Of a DNA stretch of 64,000 nucleotides, positions 45,101 through 54,756 are shown piece after piece. The DNA lies in contig JAFMHL010000001.1 in NCBI GenBank assembly GCA_017854535.1, positions 27,365 through 91,364 on the forward strand. Reading direction: 5' to 3'. The notes under the pieces were generated by a model. It was not told the origin of the DNA and did no database searches. It saw only the letters and a list, made by a program, of their open reading frames with translations. Made by a program: the position numbers and the translations under genes. The DNA is from Nitratireductor sp. Lineage in GTDB: Bacteria > Pseudomonadota > Alphaproteobacteria > Rhizobiales > Rhizobiaceae. Position 1 is the first letter of the stretch, and every line of letters begins with the position of its first letter.

Positions 45101-45802
45101 TCATTCAGTCAAAATCAAACGATCACCGCGCATCTCAAAACTCCAAAGGGTGTTGAGATAATTCATTCCGAGTAGACTTGTCGAAAGATTGCCCTCGCGC
45201 GCTACCATCACGGGTATATTGTTACGTTTGATGTCACCGATATCTAAAGTAGCTAAAGAGGCACGCGCTGTTTGTGTCATTCCATTCGCGGTAGATACAG
45301 GTATTGAGTAACTTAGGTTTTTGGTGTCAATTCCCGCACGCACGGCATCGAAGTGGGATAGCACCACAGAACTTGCGCCTGTATCCACCAAAAACCTGAC
45401 TTCAGTGCCATTCACCGCGGCAGTTAGTTCAAAATGACCGTTATTGTCGCGAATTAGCATAACCTGATTTCGGCCATTTGCTGCCTGACTGGAAATTGGA
45501 CTGCCTGGAATTAGTCCAGCCGTTAGACGTGAACCAACATCTTGCAGTTCGAAACGATAAATATAGCCGGACATCAGCACCAGAATGATTGCGATCCATG
45601 CCACAGCATTGCGGGCAGCTTGTTTCAATCCGCCTGATCTTGGGATAATGGCTGCGCCGATTATGGTGCCCCAAATGCCCAGAAAAACTGCGCTTGCGAA
45701 TTTATCGTTTGAAACGCCCAGCAGTGAACCCTTGTCCGAATTCGTAATGAGCAAGATCAGGACGATGCCGATTATACCAAGAATTATCCAAAGACCGCGC
45801 AT
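45101..45802 (-). CDS. Membrane-anchored retropepsin-like (clan AA, TIGR02281-type) aspartic protease
   Basis: Start at MRGLWIILGIIG, three N-terminal TM helices, then FLVDTGASSVVLS (DTGA active site). Confidence 0.7.
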   Translation of the reverse strand: MRGLWIILGIIGIVLILLITNSDKGSLLGVSNDKFASAVFLGIWGTIIGAAIIPRSGGLKQAARNAVAWIAIILVLMSGYIYRFELQDVGSRLTAGLIPGSPISSQAANGRNQVMLIRDNNGHFELTAAVNGTEVRFLVDTGASSVVLSHFDAVRAGIDTKNLSYSIPVSTANGMTQTARASLATLDIGDIKRNNIPVMVAREGNLSTSLLGMNYLNTLWSFEMRGDRLILTE

Positions 45803-45809
45803 GACGTGC

Positions 45810-46073
45810 TCAGTCTCCCAATGGAAAGCGGGTAGGGCGATGCGGTAACTCTCCGCGTTCACTTGCAATCTTCTGGCGTCTGGTTTCACGCCTCGGCTTT
45901 CGCTCTACAGTTTCCAATCGCTTTGATAGACTGTCCATGATCTCAGCACGTTCTTCGTGAGAATAATTCATCCAACGGCCTATTTCATCGCGGGTGCGAC
46001 CGCAGCCAAAACAATAGCCGCTTTTGGTATCCATGGAACAAACCAGAATGCAGGGCGAGGCGATATAAGACAA
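45810..46073 (-). CDS. DUF1289-family small Cys-rich protein
   Basis: SPCILVCSMDTKSGYCFGCGRTRDEIGRW is the characteristic DUF1289 motif. Confidence 0.7.
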   Translation of the reverse strand: MSYIASPCILVCSMDTKSGYCFGCGRTRDEIGRWMNYSHEERAEIMDSLSKRLETVERKPRRETRRQKIASERGELPHRPTRFPLGD

Positions 46074-46239
46074 TGAAACGTCCTTGCGGTGAAGTTGTTG
46101 ATACTGCTTGAGTTAAGAGCTTAATGCGTGTTTCGCAAGCATTCTGCGACATTTACGCTAGAAATAATATTGAAAGCGCCATGTTGTCTTGTGTAGTGAT
46201 GCTCCAACGGATAGGGCAGGCAGCAGAAATGATAAATCA

Positions 46240-47250
46240 ATGCGAAGTGGAAACAGCGTGTCTCTAAGCGGCTTACCTTTTGACGATATACGTGACTTGA
46301 TCCAGCAATTGCCAGACGGGGATATGGCTGCGGGACAGCTTGCAGCAACACGGTCGGATGACTTGACAAAAATCTTTGGCTCACAAGAACGACATGCGAC
46401 CTTAGCTGAATGGCTGGCGATATGGAGTGGGAAAAGCCCTAATGTTTCGCGCCCGATGTTGGCGCTCTTTGCAGGCAATCATGGCGTTTCAGAGCGCTAT
46501 CAAGGGAATATGGGTGAGGAGACCCTAGATATTGTAACGCGGCTCGCTGCAGGCGGAAGTGCTGCCAATCAGGTTTGTTCAAGCTATGATATTGGGTTGA
46601 AGGTTTTTGACCTTGCCCTGCAATATCCAGTTGATGATATCAGCTCTGGCGATGCGTTGGACGAGAAGGGTTCTGCTGCAACGATTGGCTTTGGTATGGA
46701 GGCGATTGCTGGCGGTGTGGACCTTTTGGGACTGTCGGCATTTGGTAAAGGAAGCCAAATAGCAAATGCTGCCTTTATGGATATTTTGTTGGATCAAAAA
46801 CCGGGTATCAACAACGATAACGATGATAATGCATTGAAACTCAGATCGGTAGTTGATGAGGTTGTTGATCGACATAGCAGCGCGCAGGGTAATTCGCTTG
46901 AATTGTTGCGGAGAATTGGTGGACGAGAGCATTCGGCAATAGCTGGAGCGATTTTGGCTGCCAGAGTGAACCATGTGCCTGCAATATTGGAGGGAATGAC
47001 CGCGACTTCGATTGTTTTGCTGTTACAAAAAATGAACCCGGGTCTCTGTGACCATTGTTGTTTTGCCGGGTTGCCTAGTGGGGCAGATGTTGATGCAGCA
47101 ACCTATCGTGCGGCGATAAAACAAAGTAATCTGCATGTTGTTCTAGATGGATTTGGAATGGCTCACGATGGTGCAAATGCCGCTTTGGCGATTGGCGTTC
47201 TCAAATCGGTAGCAACACAGCACAGCGATAACGTTATCGTCGGATCTTGA
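46240..47250 (+). CDS. CobT (nicotinate-nucleotide--dimethylbenzimidazole phosphoribosyltransferase) homolog with degenerate catalytic motifs
   Basis: 336 aa. LPFDDIRDLIQQLP, LALFAGNHGV, GLKVFDLAL and GGREHSAIAGAILAAR align with alphaproteobacterial CobT. The KPPGSLGRLE, GE[LM]G.xNTT and LGEG[ST]GA motifs instead read KIFGSQERHATLAE, SAFGKGSQI and AHDGANA. Confidence 0.65.
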   Translation: MRSGNSVSLSGLPFDDIRDLIQQLPDGDMAAGQLAATRSDDLTKIFGSQERHATLAEWLAIWSGKSPNVSRPMLALFAGNHGVSERYQGNMGEETLDIVTRLAAGGSAANQVCSSYDIGLKVFDLALQYPVDDISSGDALDEKGSAATIGFGMEAIAGGVDLLGLSAFGKGSQIANAAFMDILLDQKPGINNDNDDNALKLRSVVDEVVDRHSSAQGNSLELLRRIGGREHSAIAGAILAARVNHVPAILEGMTATSIVLLLQKMNPGLCDHCCFAGLPSGADVDAATYRAAIKQSNLHVVLDGFGMAHDGANAALAIGVLKSVATQHSDNVIVGS

Positions 47251-47258
47251 AGTTTGAA

Positions 47259-48806
47259 CTAAGACGCTTTTTTAACGGTTTTATCAGACTTGAAAGATGG
47301 CGGCGCATTTTTTAGCTCTGCTTTTGTCATAATCTCCAGAACCCTTGAGCGGGGGAAGGTCGCAATGGCTGTCGTGCCTTGCCTGAGTTTTGATCGCAGA
47401 TCGAAACGCCCGTCATGCATGTGCATCAAGGCCTGAACAATTGGTAGGCCGAGGCCGCTGCCTTGTTCCGCGCTTTTGATCGCAATGGAACCCTGACCGA
47501 AAGTGGATAAGACGATTGGAATTTCATCTTCTGGAATGCCCGGTCCTGTATCGGTTACTGAAAAATATTGTCCCCCAAGACTTGTCCAGCCAAGTGTAAC
47601 TGTAATCTTGCCGCCCGTAGGGGTGAATTTCACAGCATTTGAGAGCAGGTTCAAGGCAATCTGACGAACCGCTTTTTCGTCCGCCCAGATTAAGGGCATG
47701 GTCTCTTCAGCTTTTAGAGACAAAGTGATTTCTTTGTTTCTGGCTTTCAAACCAACCATTTGTATGGCTTCTTCAACGATATGCGCCAGCTGCAGCGCTT
47801 CTTCCTGAAGATCCTGACGCCCGGCCTCAATTCGAGAAAGATCCAAGATTTCATTGATTACATTTAGAAGATGGGCGCCGGAATTGTTGATATCCGTTAC
47901 ATATCCTTTGTATGCTTCATTGCCGAGTGGCCCTAGCACTTCTTCCTTCATGACTTCAGAAAAACCCAAAATGGCGTTTAGAGGTGTGCGCAATTCATGG
48001 CTCATGGTTGCCAGAAAGCGAGACTTGGCCATATTGGCTTCTTCGGCGCGTCTGCGGGCTTCCTCTGAAATTGATTTTGCGGTTTCAAGTTCGGCAATAA
48101 GGTTTTCACGTTCGGCTTTGCTAGCCAACTCGGACATCATGGATAGCCGGAAACGGTTTGCGATAATGTAGAAGAACACTTGCGAGCTGATCAAAATGCC
48201 GCCCATCAAAGCTGCCGCAGGGTCGTAGCTTAACACCATTTGCAGGGCTAAAATGATTGTTGGCGGTGCGGATGTTATGAGCAAACCGGGGCCAAATCCG
48301 TAACACAGGATCATGGTAATGGCTTGCAGAACCAGAATGGTAGAGAACTGAACAATGAAATAAGTGCTGGCAATGCCGCATGTGGAACAGTTGTAAAGCG
48401 CGATTAATGACCAGCTGAATGCAATTAGAATTTGGCTGTACAGGAAAGCCCGACGCCACTTTTTGAGATCAATGCCGGTTTCTTGGCTGTTCAATAATCT
48501 TGAGCAAGATGACAGCAATACCCCATAGGATAAAAGCGTGACGCATGCCCAGTAAAACGCAATCATGGGACCCACCCATTTGCCAAGCACCACAGCTACG
48601 ATTAAAACGAAGACAGGGAGGGTAAATTTGGCATTGATGTTGTTTTGGGCGTAGGCAAATAGGCGCTCAGCTTCATACTTCAAAGGCTTTGAAGAACCTG
48701 AAGATACATTTTTACGGGCGTCATTGATCACCCGCGAAGACGCGGATTTTTTCTTCGTTCTATCGACAATATTTTTGTCGCTAGAGGAGGATTGGTTTGA
48801 TGACAT
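47259..48806 (-). CDS. Membrane sensor histidine kinase (HisKA + HATPase_c)
   Basis: About 6 TM helices, then the H-box ATMSHELRTPLNAILGFSE, the N-box LLSNAVKFT and G-boxes DTGPGI / GSGLGL. The start is ambiguous (ATG at 48806 or TTG at 48836). Confidence 0.85.
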   Translation of the reverse strand: MSSNQSSSSDKNIVDRTKKKSASSRVINDARKNVSSGSSKPLKYEAERLFAYAQNNINAKFTLPVFVLIVAVVLGKWVGPMIAFYWACVTLLSYGVLLSSCSRLLNSQETGIDLKKWRRAFLYSQILIAFSWSLIALYNCSTCGIASTYFIVQFSTILVLQAITMILCYGFGPGLLITSAPPTIILALQMVLSYDPAAALMGGILISSQVFFYIIANRFRLSMMSELASKAERENLIAELETAKSISEEARRRAEEANMAKSRFLATMSHELRTPLNAILGFSEVMKEEVLGPLGNEAYKGYVTDINNSGAHLLNVINEILDLSRIEAGRQDLQEEALQLAHIVEEAIQMVGLKARNKEITLSLKAEETMPLIWADEKAVRQIALNLLSNAVKFTPTGGKITVTLGWTSLGGQYFSVTDTGPGIPEDEIPIVLSTFGQGSIAIKSAEQGSGLGLPIVQALMHMHDGRFDLRSKLRQGTTAIATFPRSRVLEIMTKAELKNAPPSFKSDKTVKKAS

Positions 48807-48947
48807 GTCAGTCCGTAGTGTTGTTGTGCGAGGCAAATCAGCTTAATAGCTGCGTGATTACCCGCTTTCTTGTTCGTAAAAGTATAGGGATTTGGTTAAT
48901 ATCGTATTTAGAATTGGCTATTTTGCCCAAGCAAAGCAGGAAAATAA

Positions 48948-49550
48948 GTGGCTCGCAGGCGAGGAAAAAAGGGAGTTTTATCCAAGATTGCGGACTACGT
49001 GTCGGTTGCTACGTTGTTGCTTGGCGTTGCCATTGCGGCAGCCTATTTCGGCAAATTGGGCGAGAGAGAGTATCAAGGCAGATTTATCGTTATGGATGGG
49101 GATAGTTTGCAACTTGATGGAATCCGGTTTCGTCTTGAGGGCATTGACGCACCTGAAGCGCAGCAAATTTGCCGTAGGTCGGGTAGTGACTGGTTTTGCG
49201 GGCGCGAGGCAACTTTGCAACTTCGTCGGCTTATGAATGAGGGCAGTGTCGTTTGCCGAAGCCTTGGCCTTGATAAGTATGAGCGGATATTGGCACAGTG
49301 CGATGCGGGATCGCTCAACATCAATCAGGAAATGGTTGCCAAAGGCTGGGCGGTTTCATTTGGTGGTTATTTCTCAGATGAAGCACGCGCAAGAGAAAGC
49401 AAACTGGGATTATGGGCTGGGGATTTTGACCGCCCGAGTAATTGGCGGAAAATATATGGTGATGTGTTGGATGCGGGAGATGAACACGGTTTGATTAATG
49501 GGCTGACAAACAAAGTTCGAATGGTTTGGCGATGGCTGATGGCTTTATGA
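48948..49550 (+). CDS. Thermonuclease (staphylococcal-nuclease-like) family protein, membrane-anchored
   Basis: N-terminal TM helix, then VMDGDSLQLDGIRFRLEGIDAPE and ...AKGWAV..., which is the SNase-fold pattern. GTG start. Confidence 0.7.
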   Translation: MARRRGKKGVLSKIADYVSVATLLLGVAIAAAYFGKLGEREYQGRFIVMDGDSLQLDGIRFRLEGIDAPEAQQICRRSGSDWFCGREATLQLRRLMNEGSVVCRSLGLDKYERILAQCDAGSLNINQEMVAKGWAVSFGGYFSDEARARESKLGLWAGDFDRPSNWRKIYGDVLDAGDEHGLINGLTNKVRMVWRWLMAL

Positions 49551-49578
49551 GTTTTTACAAATAGTGAGGAGTATTTAA

Positions 49579-50193
49579 ATGAAATTATATGATGGGGGCA
49601 AAGCGCCAAACCCACGGCGTGTGCAAATATTTTTGAAAGAAAAGGGTATCGAGATTGAGAAAGTTCAGTTGGATATCAATGCCTTGGAGCCACGCACTGA
49701 AGAGTTTGCAAAGCTAAATCCGACAAAGACAGTTCCTGCATTGGAACTTGATGATGGTACTGTGATTTCTGAAACCATTGCTATTTGCCGCTATTTTGAA
49801 GAAACGCATGCTGAACCAAATCTGTTTGGTCATTCAGCTCTTGAAAAAGCACAAATTGAGATGTGGCAGCGGCGCGTTGAGTTCTATTTTTTGATGCCGA
49901 TCGCTTTTGCTTTTCGTCATCTCCATCCAGGGGCAATAACCATTGAACCTGTTCAAGTTGCAGAATGGGGCGAGATGAACAAGGGGCGGGCCTTGAACTT
50001 CGCGTCGGTTATAGACAGCCAACTTCAGAAAAATGCCTATATTGCTGGTGATCGCTTTTCCGTTGCTGATATTACGCTTTTCACTGCCTGCCAGTTTATG
50101 CGTCCTGCGCGCCTTGCTATCCCTGAAGAGTGTGCTGCTTTTACCGCTTGGTTCGAGAAGATTGGTGCGCGCCCAAGTGCTGCATTTGATTGA
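49579..50193 (+). CDS. Glutathione S-transferase
   Basis: 204 aa. N-terminal thioredoxin-like domain with VPALELDDGTVISETIAICRYFEE. Confidence 0.8.
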   Translation: MKLYDGGKAPNPRRVQIFLKEKGIEIEKVQLDINALEPRTEEFAKLNPTKTVPALELDDGTVISETIAICRYFEETHAEPNLFGHSALEKAQIEMWQRRVEFYFLMPIAFAFRHLHPGAITIEPVQVAEWGEMNKGRALNFASVIDSQLQKNAYIAGDRFSVADITLFTACQFMRPARLAIPEECAAFTAWFEKIGARPSAAFD

Positions 50194-50199
50194 TGTGTC

Positions 50200-50808
50200 G
50201 TGGCATTGCTGAACAAGCTTCACGCAGAGATAAAAGCTTGCCGACTATGTGTTGAAGCGCCTAGGCGGCAAGTGCTACCCCATGAGCCAAACCCAGTAGT
50301 CGTGCTTTCCAAAGTTGCAAAGATTGCCATATGCGGGCAAGCGCCGGGAAATAAGGTGAATATTTCCGGCGTTCCTTTCACAGATCCATCAGGAGACAGA
50401 TTGCGTGACTGGCTAGGTGTTGATGAGGCACAGTTCTATGATCCAGTAAAATTTGCCATCATCCCGATGGGATTTTGCTTCCCGGGTTATGACAAGCATG
50501 GGGGCGACTTGCCGCCGCGCATAGAGTGTCGCGAACGCTGGCATGATCGTGTGTTTGCAGCCATGCCGCAAATTGAATTGAAAATCGTTATAGGTGCCAG
50601 TGCTCAAAAGTATCACTTAGGGCGAAGCGCTCTGCAATCAGTGACGGAAACGGTTCGCCATTGGCGAGAGATATATGAGGCTACGCAATGCATGCCAATG
50701 CCACATCCTTCTTGGCGCAATACGGGCTGGATAAAGAAAAATCCTTGGTTTGAGAAGGACTTACTGCCAGTGCTTCGCGATCTGATTCAAGTGAAGTTGA
50801 AAGATTAA
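50200..50808 (+). CDS. Uracil-DNA glycosylase superfamily protein
   Basis: CRLC..., GQAPG motif A and HPSWRN motif B. GTG start. Confidence 0.65.
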   Translation: MALLNKLHAEIKACRLCVEAPRRQVLPHEPNPVVVLSKVAKIAICGQAPGNKVNISGVPFTDPSGDRLRDWLGVDEAQFYDPVKFAIIPMGFCFPGYDKHGGDLPPRIECRERWHDRVFAAMPQIELKIVIGASAQKYHLGRSALQSVTETVRHWREIYEATQCMPMPHPSWRNTGWIKKNPWFEKDLLPVLRDLIQVKLKD

Positions 50809-50927
50809 GTGCCTAAACGAGCGTTTTGGTGGGAAAATGTTCTAAAAATCAGACAAATTTTGTTGACTTTTGGAATATCAATCCATCATTTAATGCCGTG
50901 AGCAACAAGGAACAGAAGTGACACCCC

Positions 50928-51401
50928 ATGGACCGCACAGACAAAAAAATACTGGCAATATTGCAGACTGATGCAACGATTCCTGTTGCAGATATTGCCC
51001 GCAAAGTAGGCCTTTCCACAACACCGTGCTGGCGGCGCATTCAGAAAATGGAAGAAGACAAGGTTATTGAGCGCCGTGTGGCTGTTCTTAACCCGGAAAA
51101 AGTGAATGTTGGCGTGACCGTTTTCGTCTCGATCAAAACTGACAAGCACAATGGAGAGTGGCTAAAGCGTTTTTCAGAAGTCATTACAAAAATGCCCGAA
51201 GTAGTCGGCTTTTATCGAATGAGTGGTCAGGTTGATTATCTGCTGAAAGTGGTGGTGCCTGACATCGCGGCATATGATCTCGTGTATAAGCGGCTGGTCT
51301 CTGATATTGAGATTGAGGATGTGTCTTCAGCTTTTGCCATGGAGCGCATCAAAGATACTTTGGAAATCCCGTTGACTTACCTGGATGTTTCCAAGTCGTA
51401 G
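50928..51401 (+). CDS. Lrp/AsnC-family transcriptional regulator
   Basis: MDRTDKKILAILQTDATIPVADIARKVGLSTTPCWRRIQKMEEDKVI plus a RAM/ACT-like C-terminal domain. Confidence 0.85.
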   Translation: MDRTDKKILAILQTDATIPVADIARKVGLSTTPCWRRIQKMEEDKVIERRVAVLNPEKVNVGVTVFVSIKTDKHNGEWLKRFSEVITKMPEVVGFYRMSGQVDYLLKVVVPDIAAYDLVYKRLVSDIEIEDVSSAFAMERIKDTLEIPLTYLDVSKS

Positions 51402-51408
51402 TGTGCGG

Positions 51409-52101
51409 TCAATCTAATCCTAATTTCGTCTTCAAGGCTGGTTTATCAAATTCGCGAATTGCATCCTTGCCGATCCAGGGTGCTGATGCGACATGACTGT
51501 TAGCTAATTCTTCTGCCAACGCATAGGCGGGATGATAAAGGCTCAACCTGCGCTTTCCAATTTGACGCAATGCCCAATTGACGGCTTTTTTGACGAAATT
51601 TCGTTTATCGTTTGATGCATTTTTGATTAACGGAAAATAGGCGGTGAAATCCTCATCTGGTTCCTTTTTTAGATGAACTGCTTGCCAGGCAATCATAGCA
51701 AAGGCTGCACGTTTCACGAATTCCCGCTGGTCTATACTCCAATCATTTATTGCTTCTCTTGCAAAAGGGAGGCGGTCAAATAGATTTCCGCAAACCTGAT
51801 CACAAACATCCCATGATTGAAAATTGCCAGCCCATTCGTCCATTTGACCGCGGGTAACGAGTTTGGGGTCTTCAACCAATGAGGCTAGAATTCTTGCTTC
51901 GTGAATTTCAGATTGCCAGAGCTCCAAAGCCAATATGTGATTTTGTTTGGTGGTTTTTGCGATCTGGCGAATATTGGGCATAGAAACGCCCAGTGCTTTT
52001 GAAGTATCAATTCCAAACCGTGCCATGCCAGACAAATTTTCGGACACAGATTTTGCCTTCAATTCATCTAAGCACTGTTTTGTTGTTTTGGTCTGTCGCA
52101 T
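51409..52101 (-). CDS. DNA alkylation repair protein (AlkD-like HEAT-repeat family)
   Basis: All-helical, with LW.S..HEARILA, W..D.CD and NFVKKAVNWALRQIGKR, typical of the family. Start set at MRQTKTT. Confidence 0.65.
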   Translation of the reverse strand: MRQTKTTKQCLDELKAKSVSENLSGMARFGIDTSKALGVSMPNIRQIAKTTKQNHILALELWQSEIHEARILASLVEDPKLVTRGQMDEWAGNFQSWDVCDQVCGNLFDRLPFAREAINDWSIDQREFVKRAAFAMIAWQAVHLKKEPDEDFTAYFPLIKNASNDKRNFVKKAVNWALRQIGKRRLSLYHPAYALAEELANSHVASAPWIGKDAIREFDKPALKTKLGLD

Positions 52102-52253
52102 AGTATTTTCGTCGGTTTGTCTTTGAAAGTTTCGTTTGATAAAATTCCATGAATTCAATGGCACCTTGCCATTTGTGAGGGCAAAGCGCAAAACTGTATC
52201 AATTGAAATTTTATCTGGAACAAGCTTATTTTGAGAGCTTGTTAGGGGGAAGA

Positions 52254-54734
52254 ATGAAAAAGCTGTTTCGCTGGGCGGGTTGGATAATATTGAGCTTGGT
52301 TTTTCTTGTTGGTTCTATTTCAGCGGGTGCTTATGGTCTGCTGACACAAACAGTAGCCAGCCCTAATGGGCAGGCAAGTGTTTCTGGCCTTGGCAATGAT
52401 GTGAAAATTGTCCGCGATGCACATAGCATACCCCATATTGAAGCAGAAAGCCGCAGCGATGTGTTGCATGCTCTGGGTTGGGTGCATGCCAGTGAGCGCA
52501 TGTGGCAAATGGAAGTTTTGCGCATGGCCGGGCAGGGTCGTTTATCTGAAATGTTCGGTGAGAAAACGGTTTCATCCGATTTGTTTTTGAAAACGTTGGA
52601 CATCGCAGATGCTGCGCAGAACTCAGTGAAGGTGCTTTCCCCTAAAACATTGGAATATTTAAACGCTTATAGCGCTGGCGTTAATGCATGGATCAATCGA
52701 GAGACTGGCGCGTTCGAGCCTTCATTGCCTGCAGAGTTTATCATTCTGGGACATAATCCAGAGCCTTGGGAACCTTGGCAGAGTCTCACAGTTTTGAAGG
52801 TTATGGCGCTGACATTGGACGCCAATATGGATGAGGAAATCGGCCGTTTGGCGCTTGCTGGGAAAGGGTTTGAACCACAGCAAATTGACGAGATTTATTC
52901 AATTGGTCCAAAAGATAATCCACCGCAATTACCTGATCTTAGAGCGCTTTATGGGTTTGATAAAAAAGGTAAGAATGGCAATAGTGGTAAGAAGGCTAGT
53001 GTCAGTGAAAATGAGCCGGCAATGCTAGCGACTGCTCCTTGGACGCTACAATTGCCAGCTTCGAACAATTGGGCGATATCTGGACGCCGCACTGAAAGCG
53101 GTAAACCACTCTTGGCAAATGATCCTCATTTGGGGCTGACGTCACCATCGGTGTTTTATCTAGCCCATATGAAATGGCAGGATGCTGGCCAAGAACGTAA
53201 TCTTATTGGAGGAACTTTGCCGGGAACGCCGCTGATGTTGTCTGGACGTAATGACAATGTGGCTTGGGGGCTAACCACCACTTATTTAGATTCTCAAGAT
53301 TTGTTTCTTGAGCAAATCAATCCTTTGAACCCTGATGAATATCGCACTGAGGATGGGTTCGTTGCTTTTGGCAAAGAAGACGTTGTGATCAAGGTCAAAG
53401 GGGGCGAGGATGTTCCGTTTGTACGCCGTACTTCCCGCCATGGCCCAGTGTTGCCTGACGGATATAAAAAACTGTGGGAGCGACTTCCTGACAACCACGT
53501 AGCAGCACTTTCTTGGACTGCTCTGGTAAAAGACGATACAACAGTGGACGGGATTTTTGCTATTGCTGATGCAAGTGATGTTGGTGATTTCATGATCCGT
53601 TCAAGGACGGTACATTCTCCTATGCAGTCCATTGTTGTTGCAGATGTGAACGGCAAGATTGGTGTTATTGCACCTGGCAAAGTTCCTATCCGATCCCGCT
53701 TCAATCAGATCGCAGGAAGAGCACCTGTTCCTGGATGGATACCGCTATTTGGATGGCAAGGATTTCTGGGGCCTTACGAGCAGCCTATTGTTGTGGATCC
53801 GCTATCTGGTGCGGTTGCTACCGCGAACGCCAATTGGCTTCCAGAAAAATATAAACACCATATTACGTTCGATTGGGCTGAGCACTTCCGTCAAGATCGT
53901 GTTGAAGAATTGTTTGTGAAAAGTAATTCCAAACATTCAATGGCTAGCATGATTGCTGGACAAGGCGACACCAAGTCGACAGCGCTCACGGAATTTCGTG
54001 ATGAGATTTTACGCCAGCTTCCCCAAGGTGTTTTGATCAATGAGCAGATATTGAATGCAATGGAGCGCTGGGATGGCGCGATGCTTCGCGATAGTTCGCT
54101 TCCTTTGATCCTGACTGCTTGGCATCGTCAATTGGAAATCTTGATGCTGAAAGACGATCTTGGTGATGATTTTGAATTGGTAAAAAAAGGAAATATAACC
54201 CGAATTCTTGCGATGTTAAGAAGCACTGGAGCGCGGGACTGGTGCAATGATTTACAGACACCGGAAGCTGAGAGTTGTAGTGATATTCTCTTCAAAGCAG
54301 GGAACCTAGCTTTGGAAGAACTTGAAGAAAAATATGGACGCAATTGGCAGGAGTGGCGTTGGGGAACAGCAAATTTAACCTTGCATGAGCATCGCCCTTT
54401 TACTCAGGTTGATTTGCTCAATCCGTATTTCACCATCCGCCAGGAGATGGATGGCGGTAAGTACACATTGCTGAGAAATTCTTTTGATTTCTCCAAGGAC
54501 GAACCTTACGCCGGGACGCATGGCTCAGCGCTCAGAACCATTTATGATTTTTCTGATTTTGAAAAGTCGCTGGTTATCATATCAACAGGACAAAGTGGCA
54601 ATGTAATGTCGCCTCACTATGACGATCTTTCTAAGCTGTGGGGCGAGATGAAATATGTGCCATTGGTTACGAAGCCTGAGAATTATGAGAAGGGTGCATT
54701 GGGTACTTTGATTTTGAAAGCCGCATCAAACTAA
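52254..54734 (+). CDS. Penicillin-acylase-family Ntn hydrolase (AHL-acylase-like)
   Basis: 826 aa from the ATG after AGGGGGA. N-terminal TM/signal, IVRDAHSIPHI, and the beta-chain nucleophile context LPASNNWAISG (Ser-Asn-Asn-Trp). Confidence 0.8.
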   Translation: MKKLFRWAGWIILSLVFLVGSISAGAYGLLTQTVASPNGQASVSGLGNDVKIVRDAHSIPHIEAESRSDVLHALGWVHASERMWQMEVLRMAGQGRLSEMFGEKTVSSDLFLKTLDIADAAQNSVKVLSPKTLEYLNAYSAGVNAWINRETGAFEPSLPAEFIILGHNPEPWEPWQSLTVLKVMALTLDANMDEEIGRLALAGKGFEPQQIDEIYSIGPKDNPPQLPDLRALYGFDKKGKNGNSGKKASVSENEPAMLATAPWTLQLPASNNWAISGRRTESGKPLLANDPHLGLTSPSVFYLAHMKWQDAGQERNLIGGTLPGTPLMLSGRNDNVAWGLTTTYLDSQDLFLEQINPLNPDEYRTEDGFVAFGKEDVVIKVKGGEDVPFVRRTSRHGPVLPDGYKKLWERLPDNHVAALSWTALVKDDTTVDGIFAIADASDVGDFMIRSRTVHSPMQSIVVADVNGKIGVIAPGKVPIRSRFNQIAGRAPVPGWIPLFGWQGFLGPYEQPIVVDPLSGAVATANANWLPEKYKHHITFDWAEHFRQDRVEELFVKSNSKHSMASMIAGQGDTKSTALTEFRDEILRQLPQGVLINEQILNAMERWDGAMLRDSSLPLILTAWHRQLEILMLKDDLGDDFELVKKGNITRILAMLRSTGARDWCNDLQTPEAESCSDILFKAGNLALEELEEKYGRNWQEWRWGTANLTLHEHRPFTQVDLLNPYFTIRQEMDGGKYTLLRNSFDFSKDEPYAGTHGSALRTIYDFSDFEKSLVIISTGQSGNVMSPHYDDLSKLWGEMKYVPLVTKPENYEKGALGTLILKAASN

Positions 54735-54756
54735 CTTGACAAAATGCACAAGGAAA

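Noticed and set aside
46074-46239. Possible cobalamin riboswitch upstream of the CobT-like gene
   Set aside because: I could not find a B12-box-like GCCACTG core or the expected paired elements by eye. An Rfam scan would be needed to be certain.
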